Assembly (NCBI RefSeq): GCF_004010195.1
Contig: NC_057719.1
Location: forward strand, 8,178,190 to 8,241,035
From: Chiloscyllium plagiosum
Lineage: Eukaryota
Reading direction: 5' to 3'
DNA: 62,846 bases
Positions 50,265-62,524 of the stretch are shown in pieces. The notes beneath the pieces were generated by a model, which did not search any database, had not been told where the DNA came from, and was given only the letters and a program-made list of their open reading frames with translations. Numbering within the stretch: position 1 is the first letter of the stretch; each line of letters starts with the position of its first letter. The position numbers and the translations under genes were made by a program.

Positions 50265-51052
50265 TGATGGCCACGGAAGCTCAACGATGTGTCTACTTCC
50301 TCAGGAGGCTAAGGAAATTCAGCATGCCCACAATGACACTTATCAATTTTTGTAAATATACCATGGAAAGCAGGCTATCTGGATACATCACGGCTTGGTA
50401 CAGTAACTACTCTGCCCAAAACCGCAAGAAACTACAGAGCGTTTTGAACACAGCCCGAACAATCACACAGACCAGCCTTCCATCCACTCACTCCATCTAT
50501 ACTTCCTGCTGTCTCAGGAAAGCAGCCAACATCATCAAAGAGCTGAAAATGTGTTGCTGGAAAAGCGCAGCAGGTCAGGCAGCATCCAAGGAACAGGAGA
50601 ATCGACGTTTTGGGCATAAGCCCTTCTTCAGGAATCATGCCCGAAACGTTGATTCTCCTGCTCCTTGGATGCTGCCTGACCTGCTGCGCTTTTCCAGCAA
50701 CACATTTTCAGCTCTGATCTCCAGCATCTGCAGTCCTCACTTTCTCCTCGAACATCATCAAAGACCCCACCACTCCAGTTAAACTCTCTTCCATCCTCTT
50801 CCCTCGGGCAGAAGATATAAAAGTATGAATACAAATACCAACAGATTCAAGAATAGCTTCTTCCCCGCTTTTTTATTAACAGACCTGTCAATTGTAAATT
50901 CTGATCTCTCTCTTGCACCTTTCCTGTGGCTGTAACACTTCTTCTCTGCTACCCCAATGCATTTTGTATGGTACAATCTGCATGTAGAGCACACAGAACA
51001 ATACTTTTCACTGTATCTCAAAACATGCAACAACAATAAATCAATCAATCAA
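50265..51052 (+). mobile_element. Rex1/Babar LINE 3' fragment
   Basis: AQRCVYFLRRLRKF..ESRLSGYITAWY..RKKLQSV..CLRKAANIIK|DPT..LPSGRRY..NRFKNSFFP; (aatc)n tail. Confidence 0.85.
50542..50750. mobile_element. Palindromic Penelope family B short element with 14 bp TSD
   Basis: Inverted arms of ~75 bp. TSD aacatcatcaaaga at 50528-50541 and 50751-50764; interrupts the Rex/Babar ORF. Confidence 0.9.
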
Positions 51053-51194
51053 AGTCCTGAAGAGCTTTGGAGGGTTTCACCAGGAGATGAGCTGACTCGG
51101 GCAGAGTTGGATAATGTCAGAGGGACAGTTTTAATGATCGTGTGATAGTGTGGTCGGTACATGCCCTCAGTATCACTTGTGAAACAGAATTATT

Positions 51195-51822
51195 TGTGAT
51201 GTTATGGACTACGCCAGACCACTCAAAACATTCATAAGCAGGCAGTCCAGATCGTAACTTTGAAATTTGTTTCAGTAAGTGTACAGTGAAAATTACTCGG
51301 AGTAAGTTAGCTAGGTTGATTACCAGGTTTTAAAACAGACAAAAAGTTTTTCACAAAATTACAGAATGAAACACAAAGAACAGAATTTAAAATACCCCGA
51401 GAACGAAGACTATCCCAAACTAGACTTAATTATGTTGGTTCCAAATATGCACAACAGCCCCAATAAACAAACCCCTTACACGCATTAAAAATAAAACAAA
51501 GGTTGAAGTTACAAGGGCAAAAGGAAAGAGAGTCTAGCAGCCTGTTTCCACATGGCCCCCTGCTGAACTGACTCAAACAAAGCTCCCGTTTTTAGACTGA
51601 CCACTCCCCCTTCATTATCCAGGTCACTTTGAAAGCATAAGCTTTGGCCTAAGGTCTCATCCGTTTACATATAAATAAAAAGGCCTCCCAATACGCTTTT
51701 CATCTCTTGTACCAAACCAGTCGATTCGGAGCCTGAGTGGTTTATGATCCCTTTGAAAAAAAAAACAAGGACACAGTATCCTGGAGAAAAGCCTTCAGAG
51801 AAAAGGGACCAGCGTTGTGACA
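51195..51822. mobile_element. Possible solo LTR
   Basis: ~630 bp segment bounded by TGTGA..TGACA with LTR-like composition; no convincing TSD found. Confidence 0.35.
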
Positions 51823-52129
51823 GCTGCCAGGCAGATGGATGGAGATGGTGGATAGGAAATTGAATTAGTTATGGGGACCAAAGGCAATTATTTTGTTCAT
51901 CCCAAAATTTGATTGGGGGGATTAAAGAACAAAGGACATTCTGAATCCCTCCATTCCCCACCTTTTCAATCTGCCATCGCGCTGTCCAGGTCTTCAGCCT
52001 ATCTGTATCCTGCTGTATCCTCTGACAATCCTCTTCACTACCCACTGCACCCCCAATCTTTGTGCCTTCCACAAATTTACTAATCAGACCACCCACAGTC
52101 TCCTCCAAAGGCAACCAATTTGTGCTTTT

Positions 52130-52670
52130 ACAACATCTTCCGCTTGGGGACCCTGAAGCATCCAGGACTCAATATTAAGTTCAATAATTATAGGGCCTGA
52201 GCACCTTCTCCCATGTCCTTTACTCACTCCCGCACTCTAGGCCCTGTTATCACATGGGCTGCTTTCACAACAGCCAACCCATTTTCACCTACTCATTATC
52301 TCCATTATCAGCTTTTTATCCTTCCCTGGCATACTATCAACCATCCCTTTGTCTGTCAAACCTTCTTTTACTCTGTCTGCCCTCTGTCTCCACCTATCTG
52401 CTCACTCCTACCCCATGTCTTCGACATATATCCCACCTTTTCTTAGCTACTATCAATTCTGAAGGAGGGTCACTGGACCTGAAATTTTGGTTTAGATCAG
52501 AGTGGTGCTGGTACAGCACAGCAGGTCAGGCAGCATCCAAGAAGCAGGAAAATCGACGTTTCAGGCAAAAGCCTTTCATCAGGAATCCGAAATGTTAACT
52601 CTGCTTTGTCTCCACAGATGCTACCAGACCTGCTGAGTTTCTCCAGGAATTTCTATTTTTGTGAGTTTCA
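52130..52670 (+). mobile_element. Penelope family C 3' end with nested family B fragment (~52490-52586, minus)
   Basis: IFRLGTLKHPGLNIKFNN (C-terminal motif of Penelope GIY-YIG ORFs), then UTR, ctgaaggagggtcactggacctgaaa core and family C terminus. Confidence 0.75.
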
Positions 52671-53040
52671 GATCAACATTGCTCCATTGTGGAATTTAAG
52701 GTGTGCAGTATCTGGGTGACTGGACCAGTGTCAGGTTCGCTACCTTTCTCGTGTTAAACATTGATGGGTTTGGCCTGTCTGCTGAAGGCATGTTCCCTAC
52801 ACACAGATTGGGACCAAATTTAAACAGTGAAGCTCCACAGCGTCAAGGTTTAAAATGAGACCCTTGTCATTTTTGTTATTCATTTCTATAAAATGCTTTT
52901 CCACTTTATCAAAAAGATCAGATTGATTTTGTATTTAAAAGAAAACTTTACACAATGTTAAAGTAGATTTTGATATAAAATCTTTACAAGTGGTGCTGAC
53001 CAGGGAGTATTCAGTGACATGCCTTGTCTGATGAAGGGCT

Positions 53041-53255
53041 CCAAGCCTACTGCCACCGGGAGTTCAGGCTCCAAGCCTACTGCCACCGAGAGTCCAGGCT
53101 ATGGGCCTACCGCCACTGGCAGTCCAGTTTCCAGACCTACTGCTTTGGGAGTCCAGGCTCCGGCACCTATTGCTGCCGGGAGTCCAGGCTCTGGGCCTAC
53201 TGCCATTGGGACTCCATGCTCTGGGCTTACTGCCACCAAGAGTCCAGGCTTTGGG
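53041..53255 (+). repeat. 30 bp GC-rich minisatellite (~7 units, ccaagcctactgccaccgggagtccaggct)
   Basis: Directly visible. Confidence 0.9.
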
Positions 53256-55109
53256 CACCATCAACCCTGCCAGGATTCTCGACCTACTGATGCCGCTCAA
53301 GACTCGAAGATGAAGAAGAAAGGAAGAAGAAGAATAAAGACAAAAAGTAAATAGAGAAAACAATGCTGCCGGCCTGGAGCAGACAGACTCCGATGAGCCT
53401 GTGCACTGCCTACTGTGCTGGCACCATCTTGACTTTAATATGTATCAAGTTATGAAGAGATGGGAGAGAGTGAGTGTAGAGGAACGGGTGGTTCCCAGAG
53501 ACTAGGAGGTGGAGAATGAGGAAGATATAAAGAAAAGATTAAATATTAGAAGTTTGTTGCAGAAAGGAGGAGAAGAGACAATTGAGGGTTGAGAGGCTGT
53601 GACCAATGAGTGTAGCAAAGACTGTGGGCAGGAGACCCAGCAGGATTGTTGAACGGTTGCTTCTGATTTCCAGCACACGCTGTTTTTGGGGGTTTTTTTG
53701 TTGAAAGGCATGAAGAGTTTAGATTCCCAGAATCTGATAGGAATAGGAGTCTCACAGCAGCCAAATGAGTCTGGCATCATCCTGTAGATACTTCCAAGCT
53801 GTGGTGATGGAAGATGTCAAGAGCGGGAGAATGTCCTGGTTAGCTATCCTCGACAAAACAATGGCAGACCAAACTCAATGTGAGGCCCATGGGTGTTGAT
53901 CAGCCCAATGGAGATTTGTGGCCTGAACCTTTGGGATCAAGGGCAGGGGCAAAAGAAGATGTATGGGATGTTAGCTTGACATTCAATGGATTCAATGGGG
54001 ATCCCAGGCCAATATTTGACAGGGACTAACCTGGTGGCCTGTCTTCCCACAGACCAGTCAAGGATGGTGGTTGTATGTGTTTACAGTATTTATCCTTTCA
54101 GAGTCTTTCACCCCTATCCAATCCAGCAATGGGACTGACACAAAAGTATCGCCTGAAATGGTCACACGGGTCCCTCAGTTCGAGGGGAACTAGGGCTGGG
54201 CAACAAATACTGGCCTTGCCGATGTCACCCACATCCCCACACAGATAGAGAGAGAAAGTAATGATACTCTCTGACTAAAAGCAACTGAATCACCGGAAAA
54301 GCCTTTCCCCGATTGAACGTATTGTGTCGTCACATCTTCTGGAGTGTGTCACCAAACAGTATCACAACAGAGAGCTCATAAACCAGGGGTAGGTTCACAT
54401 CTCAGCACTTTAACAACTTGGCAATGTTACAGTGTTTAAAAAAAAACACTCCATGATGGTAGTGATCTACTTTGAGCAGTTACACAGTGCAGGCCCTTCG
54501 GCCCCTGATGTTGTACTGACCCTTTATCCTACTTTTACAGTGGACTGGAGCCGAGCGCCTTTCGATATAAAAAAAACCAAAGAACTGGGAATGTTGGAAA
54601 TCAGAAGCAATCGTTCAACAAATCCTTTTTATTTGAAGTTGATGTGATTCTTGCAGCGAAGCAGTGTTTACTGCACTGCCACTAGAAAGGGGGCATGGAT
54701 AGATGGATAACGTCTGGCCTGCAGTGCAATATGTTTAATATTGCCAGTTGTGAGTCTCATCCACTTCCATGTGCTTGTCGATTGTGATTCATCTTGTTAA
54801 ACCTACTTCTTATGCTCCAGGCTTTGTCATGGCCTTCAAATGACTCTTAGAAATAGGTCTTCGACTGAAGACGCAATGTCAGAAGAAAAGCCTTCGTTAC
54901 TGTTTCAAAGGCATGCATGAATAGCCCAGTCCTGTTCCATCAACATCAGCATGCTGTGAGATCATTATCAATGTGCAGAGGCCATCTATAGTTCCTTTCT
55001 AGTGGGAAGGGGCTGGGGTTTGCTTCCCGACTGAGAATGATCATTAAGCTGACGGGATCTAACTAAAGCTGAAAGAGAACAACGAGTTTTTCGCAATATA
55101 AGAGGAAGT

Positions 55110-55540
55110 TGCACTTATAAAACACTTTTAATGTTCCCTAGCTGATTTATAAGCTGGTTTTCAACCAGAATTTTATGCTCATAGTCAGAAAGATGGCCAA
55201 AAACAAAGAGGCGTATTTTAAGGAGAGTCTTAAAGGATCAGAGAGAGAGGGGTTTAGTTAAAGAATTGCAGAGCTTAAGGCCAGAGCAGCTGAAAGTGGG
55301 TGGTTAAGCAATAGAAATTGGGGACGTTCATGGTGTTTGAATGTGATAGCCACAGGGATCGTGGAGGTTCGTCAGGCTGGAAGAGGTGATAGAGATAGGG
55401 AAGGACAAGGCTCTGATTTGAAAACAATGAGATGAGAATCCTAAAATTGAAACGATGTTGAAATGGGAGCCAACGTAGATCAGAAAACACAGGAGTGAGG
55501 GCTGAGGTAGGGCATGCAGCAGAGTTTGAAGTTAAGGCTT
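55110..55540 (-). mobile_element. L2 LINE 3' fragment
   Basis: LTPVFSDLRWLPFQHRFNFRIL matches the L2 C-terminal motif TPxLxxLHWLPxxxRIxFKIL. Confidence 0.7.
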
Positions 55541-56252
55541 ACTGAAGAGTGAAATATAAGCTGTAAGAAGTCACCATCAATGTGCAGAGAGCTTTGGTCA
55601 GACCGTACCTTGAAAGGTCACCATTCCACAGGGGAGAGATTGTTGACAGTGCAGTTGTGTTCCCACCACCCGAAACTGGAAGTGCTAGAAAACAACTGAA
55701 GAGATATGAGCTCCAAATACTCAAAAGGACCTGTCCCCAGGAGTAATCCCCAATGAGTGTGTCAGATGTTTAAGAAAGTAATTACAGTATTTACTTCAAC
55801 ATTGAATGTTAGAATACAAAAGGAGACACAGGTTCGAAGAGTTAAAAAGGACTTTCAGAATAAAATTTGGAAGGTGTTCCGAGACTGAATTTGCAGACAC
55901 AATAGTCCCAGTTTTCATACAAGTTACAAAGCGGGCAGGCAGGAAGTTCCCTGGGACATTATCATCGGGAGGTAAGACATTTCTAATGCCCAGGTCACAT
56001 GGGCATGTTACAACTCCCAGTCACAGAGTGAACTGAGGAGCCCATCCAGATGGCAGAAGTCATAGAGTCATCTGTCCAATCGTCAGGCTTTGTGAGGCCA
56101 CTATAAAACCCTTGTTTGGATTTGCGATTGTACAACTCTCTGTGAAGCCTAAAGCCATCGTTGTCCCAAGGCATGTCCTGTCCCACCAGCAGGACAGACC
56201 CATTAGGACAGACCCAGCAGGACAAACCCAGCACAATGCTGAATAGCCAGCT

Positions 56253-56585
56253 CGAGAGCGTGGTAATGCAAAAGCACAGCAGGACAGGCAGCATCTGAGG
56301 AGCAGGAGAGTCGACATTTTAGGCAAAAGCCCTTCATCAGGAATGAGGCTGGGAGCTGAGGGGGTGGTGAGATAAATGAGAGGAGCACGGGGCTAGGGGG
56401 AGGTATCTGAGAGTGCGATAGGTGGATGGAGGTGGGGGTAAAGGTGATAAGTCGGAGAGGAGGGTGGAGCGGACAGGTGGGTAGGAAGATGGACAGGTGG
56501 GACGGGTCATGAGGGCAGTGCCGAGTTGGAAAGTTGGATCTGGGATAAAGTGGGGGAGAGGAAAACGAGGAAACTGGTGAATGGT
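56253..56585 (-). mobile_element. Penelope family B 3' region
   Basis: Reverse complement of the UTR at 17280-17540; core at 56313-56340. Confidence 0.75.
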
Positions 56586-56699
56586 CGCCAGGTAGCAGTG
56601 GCTGTGGGAATCCACAACACTCACCTTGGACACCATGAGGCACAAGGTGAAAATGACAAGGGAACCTCCTGCTGATTGCCGCGATCACCTCCGCCACCA

Positions 56700-58600
56700 C
56701 TTAGTGGATGAATGTATATTCCTCTGTGTTGCACACCACTTAAAAGAAGCACTAAGGGTAGTAATGGCACACAATGTGCTTCAGCTGGGGGACTTCAGTG
56801 TCCACCACGAAAATACCTTGGTCGCAGCATTACCAACGGATGTGAATGTGTCCTGAAGGACTTTGCTGTTAGGCTGAGGAACCATCACAAGGGAAGACTT
56901 TGCCTGATACCGTCCTTGCCAATCTGTCCGTCGCAATTTAGCTTTCTGTTCCATTGGGAGAAGTGACCACTGTGCAGACACTATGGGCAGAAAGGCCAGT
57001 GTTCACACTGAGGAAACTTTCCATTGTGTTGTGTGGCACTACCATTACACTAAATGAGATGGAGTTAGAACTGGTCTAACAGCTCAAAAACTGCATGAAT
57101 CCATGTAAGATTCTGTAAATCCCTTTTTTAGAAATAGAATCAGTCTGAACATTGGGACACCTCACACCTTCACTGCATTATCTGGGCTGACATGTCACCT
57201 ATTGTTAAAGTCCACTTGAGAATGTAACTTTTAAAAAAGTTCTGCAATTTACATATGAAAGAACTGAAACCAACATGGTCATTCTAAAAGATGAGAGACT
57301 TAACAAACAACCCAGGTCCTTTTCAATATATAATCTCAGTTACATCACACTGTAAACTATAAATTCTGTGTCTTACAATCTTATATTCCACAACCACCTG
57401 ATGAAGGAGCAGTGCTCTGAAAGCTAGTGCTTCCAGTTAAACCTGTTGGATTATAACCTGGTATTGTGTGATTTTTAATTTTGTACACCCCAGTCCAGCA
57501 CCGGTATCTCCAAATCAAGCTGGAAGCTAGACATCCAGGAGCCGTTGGGTCAGCAGCAGGATTGTATTAACCACAATCAGTAATGACCAGGCCTATCCTC
57601 CACTCTACTGTTACAATCAACCAGGGGCTTCCCTGATGCAATAAGGAGTGAATGAAGACATGCCAGAAGCAGCATCAGAACCACCTCAAAATAAGGTGCT
57701 CAACACAGATTTGTGCCAAAAAGCAGAAGTGTCCTGCTATTGACAAAGCTTTCTGATCTCTCAACCAATGGATCAGATCTAAGCTGTCTTGCCACATCCA
57801 GTCGTGAGTGATGAGGGACAATTGAATAACTCACTCGAGGAGGATGCTCTATTAAAAACCAATTGCAATGATTGGGGAGCCCAGCACATCAGTGCAAAAG
57901 ACAAGGATAAAGCACTTGCAGCAATCTTCAGCCAGAAATCCTGAGTCGCGATCCATCTCAGGCTCTTCCAAGCAGACAGTCATTCTACGTGATATCAAGA
58001 AATGGCTGAAGGCACCGGATTCTAAAAGGCTATGGGCCCTGACAATATTCCAGGTATACTACTGAAGACCTGTGCTCCAGAACTTGTGGACCAAAGGCTG
58101 GGAATTCTGCAATGAGTAACTCCTCTCTTAACTGCCCAGAATCTTCGCACCACCTGCAGAACACACAAATCCAGTATTTTCTTCTCTCCTGAAGCTCAAA
58201 ATCACGGAGAACAAGCATTGGATTAGTGTTTTGTCGATTAACACCACCATTCACCCCCTCCCCCGATGCTCTGTGTGTAACCTGCAAGAAGCCCTGCAGC
58301 ATCTTGTCAATGTTCCTTCAATAACAACCTCCAAACTCAAAACATCTGTCATCTAGAAAGACGAGGGCTGCAGATACATGGGAACTCCACCATCTTCAAG
58401 TTCCCCTCCAAACCACTCGCCATCCTGACTTGGATCGAACTTTGCCGCTGTTGCTGGGTTCAAATCCCTCTCTAGTCTCACCGGAGGTTTATTTCTACCC
58501 CGAAGGACAGCAGCTATTCAGGAAGGTAGCTCTGTAGTACCATCTTGCCAAGGGCAATTAGGAATGGGCAAAAATACAGGGCATTCTACATCCCATTAAA
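56700..58600 (+). mobile_element. Decayed LINE (family of 25330-27570), interrupted by Penelope family A
   Basis: LGDFSVHH APE-like motif, ..actgaagacctgtgctccagaactt.. and 3' tail gggcaattaggaatgggc. Confidence 0.65.
57095..57516 (+). mobile_element. Penelope family A terminal region
   Basis: Homologous to 810-1227; core ctgatgaaggagcagtgctctgaaagcta at 57398-57426. Confidence 0.8.
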
Positions 58601-58719
58601 CAGAAATGAGGACCCCATGCATGTCTGCTCAGCCAACATTGATCTTCCCAGCTGATTGGCATTGGAAGGAAGATGGCATTAACCATGTCCGTATTTGGTC
58701 AGTGATAAGGTGTTGACAT

Positions 58720-59708
58720 GGAATCATACAGCATAGAAACAGACACTTCGGTCCAACCAGTCCATACTGACCATAATCCCAAACTAAACTCGTCCCACCT
58801 GCTTGCTCCTGACCCAGATCCCTCCAAACTTTTCCTACTCATGTCTTTTAAATGTTGTAGCTGTACCTGTACCTGTATGTTGTAACTGTATGTTGTAACC
58901 TGTATGTTGTAACTGTACCTAAATGTTGTAGCTGTACCTGTATCCACCACTCCCTCTGGAAGTTCATTCCACACACGAATCACTCTCTGTGTAAAAACAT
59001 TGCCCCTCGGGTCTTTTGTAAATCTTTCTCCTCTCACCTTAAAAATATGCCACCATGGCCATGAAATTCTCCATCCTTGGGTAAGATACCTGCCATTCAA
59101 AATATCTATATGCCTCATGCTTTTATAAACCTCTATAAGGTCACCCCTCAGCCTCCGACGTTCCAGGGAAAACAGCCCCAGGCTGTTCAGCCTCTCCCTG
59201 TAGCTCAAACCCTACAACCCTGGCAACATCCTTGTAAATCTTTTCTGAACATTTTCAAGTTTCACAACATCCTCCTGATAGGAAGGAGACCAGAATTGCA
59301 CGCAGTATTCCAACAGTGGCCTAACCAATGTCCTGTACAGCCGCAACATGACCTCCCAACTTCTGTACTCAATGCTCTCACCAATAAAGGAAAGCATACC
59401 AAACGCCTTCTTCACTATCCTATCAACCTGTGACTCCACTTTCAAGGAGCTATGAACCTGCACTCCAAGGTATCTTTGTTCAGCAACACTCTCCAGGACC
59501 TTACCATTAAGTGTATAGGTCCTCCTCTGATTTGCCTTTCCAAAATGCAGCACCTCACATTTATCTGAATTAAACTCCATCTGCCACTCCTTAGCCCATT
59601 GGCCCATCAGGTTAAGATCCTGTGGTGATCTGAGACAACCTTCTTCGCTGTCCATGACACCTCCGATTTTGGTGTCATCTGCAAACTTACTAAATGTAAC
59701 TCCTATAC
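58720..59708 (-). mobile_element. CR1 (HER1-like) RT to 3' end with a local microsatellite expansion (58855-58940)
   Basis: KFADDTKIGG..WQMEFNSDKCEVLHFG..LEYCVQFWSP..LGLFSLERRRLRGDLIEVYK. Confidence 0.9.
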
Positions 59709-59709
59709 T

Positions 59710-60003
59710 AACTATACTGAAAAGTGTGAACAATGAAGGCACACATGCTAAACACCTTCTTAACCACCCTACCTGATACAAAGTTCAGTACCTGAAACGC
59801 GAGGTCCCTCTGTTCTACAACACTACCCAAGGCCCTACCCAAGGCAGTATAAGTTCTGCCCCAATAATCCAAATTAAACTCCATCTGCCGCTCTTCAGCC
59901 CATTGACCCAACTGATCGAGATCTCTTTGTAATCTGAGATAACCTCTATACCACCAATCTTGGGTGTCATCCACTAACGTATTAAGCATTCCCTCTATAC
60001 CTT
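59710..60003 (-). mobile_element. Older CR1 RT fragment
   Basis: VDDTQ..GYLRLQRDLDQLGQWAEERQMEFN..VEQRDL. Confidence 0.7.
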
Positions 60004-60794
60004 CAGGTTTTGCTGGAGATGTCTGAAGCAGTGTTTGTGTAAACCATTTCCCCCGCCGCCCACCCCCCCCCCCCAAATATTAACTTCTTCTTACAAAAAA
60101 CAACTACCCTCTGAACAGCCACACACCACCCCCGACCCCTACGCCCCACAAATCCGTCTATGGCCATGTCATTTTGAAGGAAAAACCAGTAAAACTCGCG
60201 AATGACGCATACTGGTCTGACTGGTACCTCACAACAGTGCTCCAGTGTGACCAGTATGTTCAAGTGGTACTGGGATTTTACTGTTTTTTTTTTACCCTGA
60301 AGCCAGAGGTTTCTATTATTTATTTATAAAGCACCCCCTTCCCCATGACCACTGCAGGAGAAATCTGACAGCACGTTAAGGTCACTCACTGAGATTGCTC
60401 TGAGCTCTCAGACCCACACGTGCTCCAGGGTTGAGGCAATCTGTTAGTTTCTGGGTCCCTAGGGCACACTTGGGCACAAGAGGTGTGCTGGGGAGGCCTG
60501 CCGAGTGATTCATATGAAACAGGCAGAAGGAACCTTAAGAGCCACTATTGAAAGTAATTTAAATGTAAATGAGGCCCAGCAGAAAGCCATAGGGAAATCG
60601 GACTGAGCAGCCACAGGAAATAGAAATCTTCAGCCCTCTCTAGGCACGATGCGACAGCCCAGGCACCTTCACTGTTTGTAACCCTTTGGCAAAGTCAGGC
60701 AGCAGCGGCTTTGAGAAACTCCCCAACTGCTCCAGCATAGACTCGGCCCTGATGCCCACCTCCCACCGTCTGGACTTGGGGTGGTCAATAGGTT

Positions 60795-61012
60795 TTGTTG
60801 TGGTGTCGTCACAGTCTTACCAGACCACAGGGACTGCTCTCTCATTAGAGAGAAGCAACTGCTGGTGATTTAACCTGATGGCCATTAGACCTCAGGCAAG
60901 GGAAGAGGTTGAGAAGGAGACTCCTTCATGGTAACCTCAAATCGGTGATGGGAATTGAACTCATGTCATTGGCATTACACCACTCAGTGAGCCAATGATG
61001 TAGCCAACCGAC
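60795..61012 (-). mobile_element. Decayed tRNA-derived SINE
   Basis: Minus head ggttggctac..gagttcaattccc (B box-like); family not recognised. Confidence 0.45.
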
Positions 61013-61090
61013 AGTACAGGCTACCTCAGGTGAGGGGTGAGATGCTGCACTGTCAGGGGTGAGGGGGGGTGGAGAACAGAATACAATAGG

Positions 61091-61234
61091 GTAAAAACAA
61101 TGACTGCAGATGCTGGAAACCAGATTCTGGATTAGAGTGGTGCTGGAAAAGCACAGCAGTTCAGGCAGCATCCTGCCCCTTGGATGCTGCCTGAACTGCT
61201 GTGCTTTTCCAGCACCACTCTAATCCAGAAACAC
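61091..61234. mobile_element. Palindromic Penelope family B short element with 11 bp TSD
   Basis: Arms ttctggattagagtggtgctggaaaagcacagcagttcaggcagcatcc / reverse complement. TSD aatacaatagg at 61080-61090 and 61235-61245. Confidence 0.85.
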
Positions 61235-61324
61235 AATACAATAGGCATCAGTTGTCTCTTGCACCACAGTGAGAAGTGTTGAAGTCGTATTGTCACGGCG
61301 CCTATATTCATAATGTGGGGGGGG

Positions 61325-61714
61325 CTGGTGTTGGACTGGGGTGGACGAAATTAAAAATCACACAACACCAGGTTATTGGAAGCACTAGCTTTCGGAGTGC
61401 TGCTCCTTCATCAGGTGGTTGTGGAGCAGGATGATAAGACACAGAGTATAGAGCAGCAGGTTTGCAGTGGCATGGGATGTAATATTAAACAAACTTAGCT
61501 TCCAGAACTGAAACTAACATGGTCATTCTAAAAGATGAAAGACGTAAGCTAAATTTGTTTAATATTACATCCCATGACACTGCAATCCTGGTGCTATAAA
61601 GTCTGTGTCTTATGATTCTGCTCCATTATCACCAGATGAAGGAGCAGCACTCTGAAAGCTAGTGCTTCCAAATAAACCTGTTGGACTATAACCTGGTGTT
61701 GTGTCATTTTTAAC
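61325..61714. mobile_element. Inverted pair of Penelope family A termini
   Basis: Minus copy ~61325-61500 and plus copy ~61505-61714, with long inverted arms. Confidence 0.8.
61380..61420 (-). ncRNA. Minimal hammerhead ribozyme (Penelope family A), best-preserved copy
   Basis: Minus RNA AACCAC-CUGAUGA-A-GGAG-CAGCA-CUCC-GAAAGCUA-GUGCUU: stem I 5/6 bp, stem II 4 bp, palindromic AGCU stem III, CUA site. Confidence 0.65.
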
Positions 61715-61836
61715 AATATTCCTAATGGAAGGCATAGCTAAGGAAAGTATTTAAAAATTAAGGCAAAGTACAATGTAGTTAAATTCACAGCTCCTGGGTT
61801 CAGGAAAAGACAGTACCACTGCAAGACCACCATGCC

Positions 61837-62113
61837 AGGCTGCTGGGATACCGGGCTGCTGGAATTCTGGGCTGCTGGAATCCAAGGCCAATGGAATCTA
61901 GGGCTGCTGGGATACCGGGCTCCTGGAATACCGGGCCGATGGAATACTGGGCTGCTGGAATCCTGGGTCGATGGAATCTAGGGCTGCTGGAATCCTGGGC
62001 CGATGGAATCTAGGGCTGCTGGAATACTGAGCTGCTGGTATTCCAGGCTGCTAGAATCCTAGGCTGATGGAATACTGGGCTGCTGGAATCCTGGGCCGCA
62101 GGAATACCAGGCC
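61837..62113 (+). repeat. 16 bp minisatellite (~17 units, gggctgctggaatcct)
   Basis: Directly visible. Confidence 0.9.
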
Positions 62114-62524
62114 AGATGACACTGCGGAAGCCACCCCAAAGGTCAGTCTTGTCACCAGTCGCCGACCCCAGGAAGGAAGTCATCACAAAAACCGCCCAAA
62201 GGAATCCCAGGAGAAACCAGCTCATCACTGAAGCTGCCACTGACCTGTCCAATGGAATCATGGGCAATGTTGCTGAAGCAGACCATCATCGGATACCATG
62301 GCAACGGCCATCACCGTCATAGCAACCTCCCAAAAACATCCCTCCTCCACCCCCGATGTAGCCAGGAGTGAGGGGAATTGGGGGGAGGAGATGCTGCTCT
62401 GTTGGGGGGTGTGGGTGGAGGGGGAGATGTTGCACTGATGGGGTTTATGGGGAAAGCGATGTACTTTTGGGGGGTGTGGGGGAAGGGAGAGATGCTGCAC
62501 TGTTTGGGGAGGAGATGTTTCACT

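Noticed and set aside
53027..53050. ctgatgaagggc as another hammerhead
   Set aside because: No GAAA box or closing stem follows; a chance match at the minisatellite edge.
53019..53354. Mucin-like PTATGSPGS protein
   Set aside because: Translation of the 30 bp minisatellite; no splice or signal context.
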